Part shown: piece after piece, positions 49,961 through 63,576 of the stretch | Numbering within the stretch: position 1 is the stretch's first letter | Layout of the letters: each line of letters opens with the position of its first letter | Source: Camelus ferus | Lineage: Eukaryota | Direction of reading: 5' to 3' | NCBI RefSeq assembly: GCF_009834535.1 | Contig: NC_045696.1 | Coordinates: 10,852,001-10,916,000, forward strand | Length of the DNA stretch: 64,000 nt | The notes under the pieces: model-generated | The model's input: the letters and a program-made list of their open reading frames with translations, nothing else | What the model was told of the DNA's origin: nothing | The model's database searches: none | Made by a program: the position numbers and the translations under genes

Positions 49961-51171
49961 TATTCTGAGGGGCCCGGTCTCAGATCAGTCATTCTGGGTT
50001 TTTCAAGTGGAAATTCAGTGTCCCCTGCCCTATCTCTTTCCTGGCGGGTGTGTTTTAGGGAGAACTTGAGTGTCCTGACTGCTCTTGGCACGTTCCTTGA
50101 GCCCTGTGCAGGTCACAGTGCCCACGCCTCTTGGCATCCTGGTCTTGGTCAGACATTCTTGATCAAGAAGGCCGGGTTTGTGAAGAGTAGTACTAAGTCT
50201 GGGAACAGAAGCCTGGAGTTGAAGTTCTGGTTCTGGTTGACCTTGGGCCAGTCCCCTGCGATGGCTGAGCCTCAGTTTCCCCGAAAAGTGAATAGAGCTG
50301 CAAATATGTGGCTTTCCTTGCATTGACATTTGGACAATGAAGAGGTGTAATGGTAATTGAAAGCAATTTGTCCAATCCGGTGTGAGGGGCCAGGCTGCAG
50401 TGGATTTAGGTTTCTGATCATAAATGAGCCTTAAACCATTTTATTTCTAGAAGTGCTCAGTGTGTTTTTATATAATTCAATTAAGTCCACTTTACGCAAA
50501 AAGAAATTAAAATTTTTTGGAAACCACTCTTGCGTCTTGATGCATGATACTTTCCTGTTTCCAGTAATAGGGAGTTTCTCTTTGGCCTTTCTGTTATTTT
50601 TTATTTCAAGTTTGAGAGGAGTACAGCCACATTTTTGTTTTTGAGGATATAGGGGCAGTTTGGTAAAGTGTGTTTGATTTAAAATTTTTTGAATCGAAGT
50701 TGATGGATACGTCATTAAAATTTACTTTTGAAAAGTGATTAGTCCTCATTTAGTCTTTGAAATAACAACATGTCACTTTATAATCAAAGAGAGTTACTCA
50801 GACTTGACAGCTCTGTTAACTGGCACCTTTTGATTTTGGATATTTTGTTTCATATTCCTTAAGAATTTGATGACTAGGTGCTTTTTCAATAATTTTTTTT
50901 CCTCCTGAAATATATGATTTAAGGAGACAGTAAGAGACAGGAAAATTTTGTTCAGTTACATGTGTTACACCTTTTTAAAAGTCTCAACTTGACATTATTG
51001 CAAATTAAGAAGTTGACTCAGTTTTTGAGAGCCTATGACAGATTTGAAATAACTTCATATTATGTAGTGATTTGGACTATGAGTATGTACACTTTTTAAA
51101 TTTTAAAGTTAAAATGGAAGATAGTGTCTGAAAATGGTTGCTACAGACTTCATTTAATTTCTTTTTTTAAG

Positions 51172-51300
51172 AAAATGAAGAAGTTTTCAAAGTGAAGAAA
51201 TCAAGTTATAGCAAAAAGATAGTAAAATTGCTTAAGAAAGAATATAAAGAAGATCTTGAAAAATCGAAGATTAAGACAGAACTCAACTCATCAGCTGACA
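51172..51300 (+). CDS. PAXBP1: PAXBP1 exon 2, 129 nt
   Basis: Acceptor ttttttaag; ENEEVFKVKKSSYSKKIVKLLKKEYKEDLEKSKIKTELNSSAD; donor ACA|GTAAGT; phase 1-1. Confidence 0.94.
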
Positions 51301-54300
51301 GTAAGTCAAACTAATAAAATTCTTTTGAAATGACAAAATGAAACTCTCTCATAGAAATTGAATGGGTTTGGTATATATTGTGAACTTGTTCATTTGACTT
51401 TGTCTTTGTCAAGACTCAAAGTTGAGTGATGATTGAGTTCTTTTATTTAACACAATTGCATTGTAAGTGCGTTTTTTTCAAAAGATTGAACCATTGCCAC
51501 TGGAATGTTTCTGCTACAATGACTAAATCTTCTCCTGGTTTTTTTTTTTTTTTCACTTGTGTTCAGATTCCTGTTGGACAGAGAAAGGAGGTTTCCCACT
51601 TAAACCTGAGACTCAGGTTTATTCCTATTTGAAGTAGTACTGTGCAAATTCCTGTAAAAGTACTTTGCTGAGACAAGTTTTCAGTTTCTTTGGTGTTACT
51701 TACACAGTTGGTTTAATTCTTAGGGAATTTTTAGGAATGTCCTAGGTCTAATGTTGATAATACTCCCATTCAGCAGCCTTGTCAGATACGCAGATGAAGA
51801 CTCCTCAGTGGATGGTGCTTGCCTACATTGTATAGATATCTCTTGCTTCCTCTCACAACCTCAGTTAAAATTTTTAAGCAGTTATTTGTCCTTAGGAAAG
51901 TCGTTTCATTATAATATGCTGTGGTCTTAGTTACTCTCATGCAAATGCTTTAGGGAAATCTTTCTTTAATGTAATTCAAGGTAAAATTATTGTTTCCTAG
52001 GTTTTCCACTACAGGCTTAATGTGAAAAAGTGTATCATTATATCTCAAATTTACAATCTAATTTTGGAGACAGCATCACTTAAATGTATAACTGGACCCC
52101 AGTGTTCGGCAAAATGTCCAATGAGTGACTTAAAGGTTAACCACTTTCTTTTTAAAGAGGTGGGTCAAGGAATGTCTTATAGATAAAGTAGAATTTGAAG
52201 CTGGATCTTTGATAATTTGAATTCCAAAAACTAGGGAGTGTATGGGGATATTACCTAAGATTAAAGTGACTTAGGCTGCTTTGGAAAGGAGTAAGTACAC
52301 CTGGTGGCCAAAATAGATGATTTGTGGAGGAAGCAGAGGTTTAGGGTGAAAGGTACGTTGTTGACAGATTGTGAAGGATGTTTAGTATGTAGTAAGGGGT
52401 TTAGAGTTGGCTGTATTCAGTGACCTGCTGAGATGGTGACATGACAAATGCCTTTTGAAACCTTAACCTGGTATTAGCATGCAGCATGGATTGGCACAAG
52501 GAGAGACTGGAGGCGTAAAGCAGGTTAAATGCAAGGGCCAGCTTTGATCCATTAATAGTGGGTTTAAAAAGGTCTCAGTTGAGCAAGACTGAGGCTTTTC
52601 CTGACTCAGTTGGAAATCGTGGATGAGTTAAAAATGTTTATTATGGGTGTGGGAAGAGAAATGGAAAAAAAAGGGATTATTTGAGAAGTATTCCAAGGGA
52701 AGGATTGGTCGACTTGAGTGCTTTAGCTATTGGATTGAAAAGAAATAGTCAAATTTGAGCTTTTGTGCCAGGTGACTGAGTGAATAATTATATATTACAT
52801 ACAGAAATAGGGAATGCAGGTGGGAGGAGGAGTATTTTTAGGGGAACTGATTATTTTGGAGTCTGGGAAGCTGCTTCAGTTTTTCCAAACCATTTGAGAA
52901 GCAGCTGTGTATGATGAAATCATATAAGAAAGATCAGGAAAAGTGAGAACCGAGAAAGGATCATTCAGTGTTGAGTTTAGAAATTAAAGCAAATAAGAGG
53001 TTTATGAGGCCACCTTCTGTGACCTTCTCTGTCTTCTGCTTTCATAAAACCGATTTTCCACTCACCAGATAACTCAGTTAATGTCCTCCCCAAAGGTAGA
53101 GCCTCTGTATTATAAGTTGTCATCCCTGAAGCGTTGGTTCTCTGGAGCTCTTTCATTAATCAACTCACAGTCCTGAACTCTTCCTACCCCAACCTTCCTG
53201 AGATAGGCAGAGGTGCATTGATTTGAAAACTAGGGGAGTATCAACTTGGAAAACCTATTTTGTGATATTCCTACAGTGGTGAGTTCACTTTTAAACTTGA
53301 ATTTGAGTTCAAGTTGAATCACTGGCTTGATTTGAGCCAGTGAATAGTTGGAGATGTAGATTTAGGTACATTGAGGTGATAATTAAAACCAAAAGTAAAT
53401 GAAATTGATAAAGGAATAGCATAAAAGAAAAATTCCTTTGAACCAAAGACTTCTGCCTATAATAAGTGTTACATAGAGAAAAGGATTTGCTGAAGAGAGG
53501 AAAGAATCATAAAGTCCAAAGGAGAAAAGATAGGAAAGTTTCAGGGTGGTGATTGTCAGTTATATGAAATAGTACCGGAAAGGTCAGGACAAGTTAAGGC
53601 TGAGGAAGGGCTATTGCCAGGGTTGCTACATTTTTTTCTGAAGGAGGGCATCTGGCAAAAGAGGCTAGTTTACTAGCCAGGCTGTGCGCCTGTTGGGAGG
53701 AAGGAACATCTTTGCTAAATTGCTCAGTGATACTGTGTGAATTAGCTGTGGGTGCAGCTTTTGAGTTAACTGGTGAGCGTGGAATGGGAGAAATCAAAGG
53801 CCATTTGCCAGTGTTCAGGTGTGCAGATTGGTGAGAAAGTCGTAGGGAGCAGGTCCACACTGCTGCTTTGGGAAGCTGGGCAGAGAGAGAAGTAGAGGAT
53901 AATAGCTAGAGAGACAACTGGAATCAAGTAGAAGTTCTGTTGGTAAAGAGAAGCCTGTGTCTGTAGACAGAAGAGAGGATAGGGAGGGCCTGACCAAATT
54001 CAAAGTAAAGAGAATATTTGTGAGAGCAAGTTTGCTAAAATAGTAGTCAAAGAAATTGAGGCACAAGAGTAGCCTAGAAAAAGGTTATTTAGCATCTCTT
54101 TCATATAAAGATGTCTGGAAGGAAAATGCCTGACAACTAACAAAAATTTCAGCTGTCACCGTATTTTAGACTTGTGTATGCTCAATCACAAGCAAATACT
54201 TGGGAACTTGTTGAGATAGTGAGTCTTTTAAGACTGCAGAAATCATTATCCGGGAATATCTGATCTTGTAAAACTTTCGAAGTTCTGTTTTGTCTATTAA

Positions 54301-55506
54301 AAGCCATTGATTTAGTTAGATTTAGAGCAGAAGGAAATGGGTAGTTCTTGACACCATCTGTCTTTATATGTCTGATAAAGTGAGAGAGCCTAAAACAGTG
54401 ATCTAAATCTTATCAGCAAAGTTAAGGAGGGGTGGTGGTGGTGGTAATTATCCCTGGAATTCTTTAGGGAAGTAGAATATGGTTTGAGAAGAATTGAGAA
54501 TTTTTGAAGCAGTTTTTGGGAAGGAAACATTCTAGGGACACAACAGAAGTACACCTTTCATATTTAGAATGAACTTTTGTTTTACTGTTTCATTATATTC
54601 ACTCTGCCTGTTGTGTACATTGTTAGGTTCAGTGCTTCAAGGTGGAAAACACTTTCTGACTTTTGCCTGGGTTGGAAGGTAGTAATAGGACTGTTTAATT
54701 ACAAATAAAGTAAACCACTTGGTGTAAAGTAAAACCAAGTGGTGCCTCCCGGAACCCTGTGGCAGGAAAGCAGTCTTGAAACTGGTTTCAGGAACGTCCT
54801 GAGAATTAGTTCTCTTCTCTGTCCGTAGGGCTACTCCACAGCTCCCTTCCTAGTTTGCATGTGATTTTTAGTACCACCTGGTCTCTGACTTGTTTCTGTG
54901 TCCCAGTTCCAGATTCCCAGAAAGATTAGGTTCAGTCACAAATTAAAACATAACACAATCCGCTCTTTGGTCATGCAGTGGAGTCAGAGTTTTGTACAGT
55001 GTAACTGTGATGTTTGGGTCTCACCCCTTAAGGTGATAGGTGACAAATGGTTGTGAACTTAGAAGATAACCTGTAAGTGTTCACTACAGAGAGGTTTATC
55101 TGGTCTTTAATCTTCATTCTTGATAGAAAGCTGCCTTGAATGGGCTTAAGAGTTTAATGAATTAATGACATAAAGTGAAATAATGCTTCCAAGAGGTACA
55201 GACAGTTACCTATGGGAATTTAGAGGAAGGAACGGTTAGTTTTGATAAACTAGTAACATTTTGATAAAATTAACTAGAGCTAGGGGTTGAGCAGGGCCTC
55301 GTGCATCCGTTTCCCCTGTTATTTTTACCTCTCAATTGTGTCTATTATGGTATTTCATTTTCACACATCAGTAATTTGAATTTTTTTATAAACAATTAAA
55401 GTAATTCAGGCTTTAATGAATCAAGCCCATAATAGGAGAAAGAGTATCTCCTTAATCTGTGGATTTTGTTTTAAATATATTTTAATTACTTTTTTCAAAA
55501 ATGTAG

Positions 55507-55683
55507 ACGAACCACCTTTGGACAAAACAGGTCATGTTAAGGACACCAATCAAGAAGATGGAATTATCATCAGTGTACATGGGGAAGATGAAATGGATAT
55601 GGAAAGCGAGAAGGAGGAAGAAAAGCCAAAAGCTGGCGGAGCCTTTTCAAATGCTTTATCTTCTTTGAACGTTCTCCGTCCAG
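55507..55683 (+). CDS. PAXBP1: PAXBP1 exon 3, 177 nt
   Basis: Acceptor atgtag; EPPLDKTGHVKDTNQEDG...AFSNALSSLNVLRP; donor CAG|GTGTGT; phase 1-1. Confidence 0.93.
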
Positions 55684-57100
55684 GTGTGTGCTCGCAAATA
55701 CTTCTCACAACTGAAGTAAGCCCTCAGGAATGAGCCATCTGTAAAGATGGTTGTTAAGGAAGGGGTTAGCTAAGTGGTATTTCTTATGACATCCCTGTTA
55801 GAAGCCAAGATGTTTGTTTCCTTTTGCAAATACAGAAAGTAAGAGAACTAGAAACTTCCCAACTTTCCAGTTCATCCTGAGACAAGCAGTTATCAAAGCA
55901 AATATCAGTCTTCAAGTAAATAGATAAATGGTATTAAAGTCTTTTTTTATGAATTTCAGATGAAGATTTTTAACTTTTTTAGAACTGTCGCTAAAGGCAA
56001 AACTAGCTATTTTATGTTCACACTTTTTTTTTTTAAACTATTTTATGGAAATAGTTTGCAGACCTATTCACTGGCTGATCAGCTTTTGAATAAGTGCTTG
56101 GTAGCCAAATTTAAATTATGAAGAATTTCCATTTAACTCATTAATGTTTATAAAATTTAGAAGCGCTCCCCCTGTGTTGGTAAAGTTGAGAAAATACTGT
56201 ACATACATCTAGCAGCATTTTAATCGGTACAGTCCTTATGGGAAACCGTTTGACAATACGAATAAGTAGATTTCAGATACTCTTACGCTTTGACCCTGTA
56301 CTGTAATTCCATAGCTAGAAATTTATCCCAAGGAAATAATGTTTTTATTGCAACATTATTTGTAATGAGCAGCATTTAGATAAAATGTCTAGCAGAAGAG
56401 GAATGGATTAGTCAGTTAAGGTGCATTTACATGGTGGGATACTACATAGCTATTTAAATAACAATTAGAAAAGTAGCAAGACATTAATTTTTACTGTAGG
56501 TAAAAATGTCAGTTTGGTTATGTGGTAGATTATACTTTGTCTACGGAGTGAGTGTTGTTAAGCAATTAAAATTTGTACTTAGCAACTTGGAAAAAAGCTT
56601 ATTTTAATATGAAGAAAAATTGATGAAAATTATATATTCAGTGTGCTTACAGGTGAACGGAAAACTATTTGCAAGAGAAATATATTTGAAATCTAATGGT
56701 GTATTTTAGCGTTGTAAAAAATTGTGGGTACCTTGTTTTTATCTGTTTCCTAGTTTAGTAATGATTTTATTACTTTTGCTTATTTTTAAAAAAATGAAAA
56801 AAAATTACTATTAAAATAAACTGCTTTAGTATATTTTCCCTTCTCTCCCTTCCCATACATATTGCCATTATGTGTACTTTTTAGTCTCCTTAGTGACTTT
56901 TAGTTTCCATTTAAACTAAATTAAAAATAAATCAGTTGGATTGCACAGCACAATTTGGGAAGGGGGTGCCAGCAACTAACATTAGAACATCACTATGCAA
57001 GGCTATCTTGGTGAAATTCTTTTATCTTTTATATTTTTAAGAAAATAGAAACATGTGCCCTAATACTTTATAGTTTATAATCCTTACCAACTATTTCCAG

Positions 57101-57322
57101 GAGAAATTCCAGATGCAGCTTTTATACATGCTGCAAGGAAAAAGCGTCAGATGGCCCGGGAGTTGGGGGATTTCACTCCTCATGATAGTGAGCCTGGGAA
57201 AGGCCGCCTTGTTAGAGAAGATGAGAATGATGCCAGCGATGATGAAGATGATGATGAGAAACGCCGTATAGTTTTTTCTGTGAAGGAAAAGTCACAAAGA
57301 CAAAAAATTGCAGAGGAAATAG
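57101..57322 (+). CDS. PAXBP1: PAXBP1 exon 4, 222 nt
   Basis: Acceptor tttccag; GEIPDAAFIHAARKKRQMARELGDF...QRQKIAEEI; donor TAG|GTAACT; phase 1-1. Confidence 0.96.
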
Positions 57323-57883
57323 GTAACTTGATTTAATGGGACAATAAGCCTGTTACAATGCTACTAAATATGATTTGATATTAAAGTCAAATAAAAAGTA
57401 CCCGTATTTATTTAACTACATTTAATGTTATAGAACTGTTCTTGCTTGGGTACAAGTGTCTCACTGGGATTTTTTGAAAAGTAGAGCATGGTTTTGATAG
57501 CTATTGTTTATTGAGTACAGTGTGACCAGTATTATGCTAAGCACCTGAGATACGTAGAGATATAACTGGCTCAACATTCTTAGGAGGCGTTAGGTTTCGT
57601 TCTTCCCTTTGTTGAATTCATGTCAAGCTCACAGAGGTAAGGAAACCTATCTAAGGTTTTAACTGTTACATTGATGCTGCCTTCTGCTTAAGGGATACTG
57701 TGTATAAGACAAGCAAAGTCAGTATCAGATGAGATGGAGATCATAATAGACATTTAATTTTCGTAAGATTGAGTTAATACCAACAGTTTTGCTTAGTTTT
57801 TATATTAATAAATGTAAAATAGTATCCCTTCCGTCACTGCTTTTCTGGAGTAATTTACGTTTCTTTGCTGCTTATGGCTGTAG

Positions 57884-57987
57884 GTATTGAGGGGAGTGAT
57901 GATGATGCTTTAGTAACTGGAGAACAAGATGAAGAGCTCAGCCGATGGGAACAGGAGCAGATAAGAAAAGGAATTAATATCCCTCAG
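57884..57987 (+). CDS. PAXBP1: PAXBP1 exon 5, 104 nt
   Basis: Acceptor ctgtag; GIEGSDDDALVTGEQDEELSRWEQEQIRKGINIPQ; donor CAG|GTAAGA; phase 1-0. Confidence 0.96.
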
Positions 57988-58164
57988 GTAAGATGAAAGA
58001 ATTAAACTTCAAAAATTAAGAAATTAATTTTAAAATTTTTTGTTGTATTTTGTTGAAGTAAAAACATTGTATATTGAATTGACTAAGCTATTAGAAGAAA
58101 CTATTATATTTTGATTTTTACAGTCAAAATGGTGAAAGAATTTCTAGATTCTTAGTTAAATATT

Positions 58165-58342
58165 TATCAAAGTGGTCTTTCAACCACAGCATCAGCATCA
58201 TCTGGAAGCTTGTTAAAAATGGAAATTCTCTCACCCTCCTGAGTGAGATCTACTGAATGAGAAGCTCTGGGGGTGGGCCCCACCATCTGTTTAATAAGCC
58301 CTCTGGGTGATTCTGATGCTCACTCAAGTATGAGGACCACTG
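58165..58342. mobile_element. MER5A-like hAT-Charlie DNA transposon
   Basis: cagcatcagcatcatctggaagcttgttaaaaatg...aataagccctctgggtgattctgatgctcactcaagtatgaggaccactg. Confidence 0.75.
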
Positions 58343-58810
58343 TATTGAATGTTTCTTTCTCATATAGCTTGTTTATTTTCTGACTTTAAAAATTATTTTG
58401 TAGAAGATGTATTTCTCAGTAATGCAATAACTCACTGTAGATGAAAAATATCTTCCTAAATAGTTACAACAATTTGTTTTATAGAAGTAAATAGTGCAAT
58501 GGAAATGTTGCATAAATGTAAGCTATTTTTATTACTAGTGTTTTGACATAATTTAATGTCCCTTCTAACTCTAAACTTCTTTGATACTGTTTTTCTGAAA
58601 ATTATTAGAAATGAATCCAGTAATCCCATAAGACTTAGAACTTTCATCTATCCCTACTTTTATTTGATTTTAAGGAGCTCTGTGATTATTTATTTTATAC
58701 TGTTTAGAAAATAGGTGTAATTTTTGCTTTTTTTTTAACCCCAAAAGCATGAGATTATTCTTTTCATAGTTTTACTACTAGTTTTCATTTCTATCCCATT
58801 TCTTTTCTAG

Positions 58811-59028
58811 GTTCAAGCAAGTCAGCCCACTGAAGTGAATATGTACTACCAGAACACTTACCAGACAATGCCTTATGGTTCATCCTATGGCATTCCTTAT
58901 AGTTATACGGCCTATGGATCATCGGATGCCAAATCTCAAAAAACAGATAATACAGTCCCTTTCAAAACTCCCAGTAATGAGATGACTCCCGTTACTATTG
59001 ATTTGGTAAAGAAACAGCTTAAAGACAG
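58811..59028 (+). CDS. PAXBP1: PAXBP1 exon 6, 218 nt
   Basis: Acceptor ttttctag; VQASQPTEVNMYYQNTYQTMPYGSSYG...DLVKKQLKD; donor CAG|GTAGGG; phase 0-2. Confidence 0.96.
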
Positions 59029-59536
59029 GTAGGGCAGATCAACTTCTTAAAGACCTGTCCTAGCTTTCTGTTCCCTCAGGCAACATGTAGTCTGGGGTAG
59101 CAGCAGATGCAGAATATCGGCAAAGAAGATTCACTGGCCCACCTTCAAAAGCTAAACAGAAGATGACTTCATACTTGGTTCTGCTACCTTCTTGGATTAC
59201 TTCTGTGGAAGCCTCGAAAAGTTTTTAAAAATGCCACTCCATGGTCTTGTTGAAGACAGTTCTGAGTTTGCACCTCTTGGACTCTGAAAAAGTGTAGTCA
59301 AGATATGGGGGGAAAAGCAAAACAGTGAGATTTTTGGTTAGCCCACCAAATAACTTTATATGAAGTGTATAAACTGCCACTTTTGGAGAAAAAAGCAGTA
59401 CAAATGAAAAGATCCACTCCATGCATTTTTGTATTCTAATAGTGGATCTAAGTGCATTATTGTAATTTTGCAAGAGTCCTGACAGCATAGACTTTTGGAT
59501 GTAAATGTGTTATATTTATCCTTTTCTGTTCTTAAG

Positions 59537-59726
59537 GTTGGACTCCATGAAAGAGCTGCACAAAACAAATCGACAGCAGCATGAGAAACATCTGCAAAGC
59601 CGAGTGGACTCCACCAGGGCTATTGAAAGATTAGAAGGGTCTTCTGGGGGTATTGGTGAACGGTATAAATTTTTGCAAGAAATGCGAGGGTATGTCCAAG
59701 ACTTGCTTGAGTGTTTCAGTGAAAAG
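59537..59726 (+). CDS. PAXBP1: PAXBP1 exon 7, 190 nt
   Basis: Acceptor ttcttaag; LDSMKELHKTNRQQHEKHLQSR...YVQDLLECFSEK; donor AAG|GTAAGA; phase 2-0; cumulative CDS 1383 nt = 461 codons. Confidence 0.96.
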
Positions 59727-62414
59727 GTAAGAATGCAAAAATATTAATCTCTTTGAATAAGGCAAAATTAGGGAAGTCTATACAGCCTTGTAGAGATCAT
59801 TTCTATATTTCTCAGAAAATACCCACTGAATTCAGCCTTTTAAAAGAGATGAAAAGTCATGCCTCATTTTCTTCACTTCATTAGCGACATTCTATCCTAG
59901 GGGCTAATCTAGTACCTTTGTTGAAAACAAAAAGATAATTCAAAGCATATTTAAATAAGATTTTGGCAAGTCCTGTCTTAATGTAATGGCAGATAATTGG
60001 TCTGGCCTTGAATATTAGACTATAAGAGACTCATCTGGTAGAATTTTCTTTTTTGTGGTCAGATCCAAACTTATCTTTAAACTTTTTCTACAAGTAATTC
60101 CAAATGTGCATAAAGTTGCAAAATTTTGTTAGTTTTTATTTTTTATCCTAGATAAAATTGATTGCCATTGCTGCTGATAGTTTTCATCTGAATAAGCCTC
60201 TGCTTTATCCATTTCAGAAACCATTCACTGGCCATAATTTCTTTTAAGGTCTTATTTCTCCTTAAGTTCATTTTTTTTTAGTATGATAGTTGGCACAATT
60301 ATTTGCATTCTGTTGTACCATTTGTTTGCATTTTAAAAATTAGCTGCACACAGAATCCTTTTCTCAGACAACCTTTTAATTGATTTTTCTTTTAAGATAA
60401 ATGTATTGTTTGATGCATTGGTTTGTAGGCACTTGTGAACTTTCTAGCCTTTTCTTTAAAAAAAAAATTAAAATATGGTGCTTTTGAATATCCCATCTCT
60501 ATACTTGCAAGAGATAACAGGTTTCGGAGGCACATTTTCTCTTATTCTTGGCTATGTGAATTAGCATAGAATCTGTAAGCATATAGTATGTTTAAATGAG
60601 TATTTTAACTCTTACTATCTCTGTTGGGTTAATTCAGTATACCCTAAGGGCAAAGGCTGGCTAAAGAACAATGGCAGACTATCTTCCTAATGGGTCTTAA
60701 TGGTTCCAACCTGTCTGTAGTCAGATCCAGGCTGAGACGACATTCACCAAGTCTTCTCTGAAGGGTTCATGGTTTTGTGCTTAACACTTAATTTCTGGAA
60801 AAGCAGCTACATTCTGAGCTACAGTATCCCTTGTGGCAGATCTGCGGCTTAGGGTGACAAGTACAGGGGTGAGAAAGAAACATGGGCTAGACTCTTTACA
60901 GAGGGGCTAGAGTCAAAATGGGAAGCGGACAGAAGGATCAGAGCTGGTGGTTGGTGTTCTTTGGATAAAGCCCTTTTGAGCCCAGCGGGCATGGTGGTGG
61001 GGGCTGGTCTAAAAATCTTCTGTGACCAGAGAAAGGATCTTCGTTTTAAACCATACTTTGTAAGTGAAGTTTGTCTCTGTGGAGCTTTTTCTTGAAGTAC
61101 CTTGGTCTTTGCTTTGGAACTTACTTGAGTAAACTCATACACTTGTAATTGCAAACTGAACTCTTAAAAAATACTGGCAATAATATGATCACAGAGTATA
61201 CCATGTTTCAGTGAAAGAGACTAGGTACTAGTCTAGGTACTAGGTCCATCTAGTTCCTATAGTTTTCAACTGCTTATTATTTTAAAAACAGTAGTACACT
61301 TTCTCTCTCCTTGATTACCCTGTTCCTTAGATTGTGTTCATATGTTTGCTTAGAGTTATTTAGATAAATGTTTGGAGCAGTTCTTAAACCTTATCTATTA
61401 TATAGTGACTACTCTATTAATAAAAGAGGTAGATAAACCCCTCTTTTAAAGATGTGTTAATTCGTTTTGACATTTTCTTCTGTATTTGGTTTTATTAGAG
61501 ACCACTCCTGAGGTACTATTGTCATAAATTGTCATTTTGGAAATATTTAGGAATAATTGGATAGATTTGAATATTCATTTCAGTTATACAATAAAAAGTG
61601 TTGTTTCAGGGTAAGGCCATAGAAAGATAAATATTCTTTTTGCCTTTTCCACTTACAGAAATTTAAGTGGTTTTGAACTTAGATTTTTAATTATGTTGCA
61701 GGTCATTTTAACTTTCTGTTGTTTTATTTTCCTGTAGTCATCTTCCTTGTGTTCTTTGCCTTAAATTTGTTCCTGAAATAATAATAGTTAATAACAGTTT
61801 TGAGTTTGGAGAGGGTAAAGAAATTGTCATGGTGCAATTGGGATAAATTGTATTGTTAAGAGACATGAATGAGAGCTGGAAATGTATTTTAGGGCTCTTA
61901 TTCTCAGTAAAATTTCCTCTGGGCTTTGTTAAAAAGTATTTCAAGTACATAAATAAAAAAAATTACAGTATCAGAATTGTAACTATAAATTGAATAATGA
62001 AGTTCTGTCTGATGCAGTCTCAGGCATGTAGTTCTTACAGCTGAGGAGTGTTAACAATCTCCAGGACTAAAAGAATGCATCGTAGGTCCATGGGTACACT
62101 TGTCTTTAGTACTGCGTGGTTTGAAAAAATGAGGGGGTGGGAAAGTGTAAGTCACAATAATGTGGAAGTAATTACTTTAAAAATCAATGATAGTAAATTT
62201 TAGAGTCTCTGGGCTCAGCTAATATCAAGATAATCAATGCAAATTTGGGGACATTGTTCCTCATGGTGTGGCATATTAAAGAATAAAACAACTCCATCAG
62301 TTTGACCTCTCTGAACATTTGCTGCTTTTGCAATGGAATTATGCAAGTGTATGAAATTGCTTTTATTACAGACATCTTTATACTCCACCTGCCTTTTTTT
62401 ATTTCCATTTGCAG

Positions 62415-62529
62415 TCTGTTCAGTTCAGGAAGCTGCTATAACACTTGGTGCCAGTGTTTCCCAAACTCTAAATAATGTGTTTTCCATTTGTACTAACCAT
62501 CAGGAAACTAGAATTTCTGGTTTCCTCAG
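62415..62529 (+). other. PAXBP1: Alternative stop-containing (poison) cassette exon in PAXBP1 intron 7, 115 nt
   Basis: Acceptor cctttttttatttccatttgcag; in-frame SVQFRKLL* (TAA 62439-62441); donor CAG|GTATGT. Confidence 0.75.
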
Positions 62530-63452
62530 GTATGTGTAGTGGTTGTTAGTGTTTTGTGAAAGTTTCATAGCATTTGGTTATAACATGAGGTATTTATAAA
62601 GAGAAAGTTTTCTGGTTTCTTCTTTTTAAGTTAGGTTTCGTTCTATAAGCTTATGTATTCCATATGAACCAAGTGAATGCTTAGCTGTGGATAATAACCT
62701 GGAAAAATTTGTTGACTTTGTAAACTGACAATTCATGCAAAGGATTTTATTACGAATATGGAAAAATTTAAACATTTGATAAGAAGAGAAGAACTTTCTG
62801 AGTTTGAAATAGATTGATTTTAGATAGGTTAGTGATAGTTAGAAATTTTATTTACCTTATTAATGTAAATGAATGCAGTTCACATTTAAAATGTACAATA
62901 CAGCTGCAAAATAGTGTAACTATTGCTATAAGGTACTTGGTACACATGAATGGCAGAGCAATTTAAGTGTTCAAAATTGGGCATTTAGCACACTCCTGTT
63001 CTTGTCTACTCAGAGCCATTTCATGTTTTTTGGTGCCACACTGCAATAATGGTTCATTTTAAACTATAAAAATTGCAAGGCAGATCATGTTGCTAGAAAA
63101 TTAAAAATAGACTTTCAAAAAGTTCTTCCAAATACTTTATTTTAGAAGAAAAGCACTAAAATTTCTGACATTTCTTTACTTGCTCTCTTTACTACTGTTA
63201 AAGTGTTAAGTTTCCTAACCAAACTTTTGCTCCAATAACTAGGCACTGGACATTATAGCTCTATATATGGATTAAAAGAAGAAGTGGTGTTTCCCAAACA
63301 TCCTAAAACTGAATTGCTATTTGTGTCCCATTAGGGATTCATGGTTATTCTGTCCAGAGGGTACTTTTTCAGAAATCCGGAAATAATATGGAACCCTCAG
63401 ATAAATAAGCAGCTGGGAGTTTGGTGTTACGGAGTGTGTTGTATTTTTACAG

Positions 63453-63576
63453 GTGCCACTGATTAATGAACTTGAATCAGCAATACATCAGCTGTACAAA
63501 CAGCGAGCTTCCCGCCTTGTCCAAAGACGACAAGATGATATTAAAGATGAATCTTCGGAGTTTTCAAGCCATTCAA
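63453..63576 (+). CDS. PAXBP1: PAXBP1 exon 8, 124 nt; the gene continues beyond the window
   Basis: Acceptor atttttacag; VPLINELESAIHQLYKQRASRLVQRRQDDIKDESSEFSSHS; donor CAA|GTCAGT. Confidence 0.94.
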
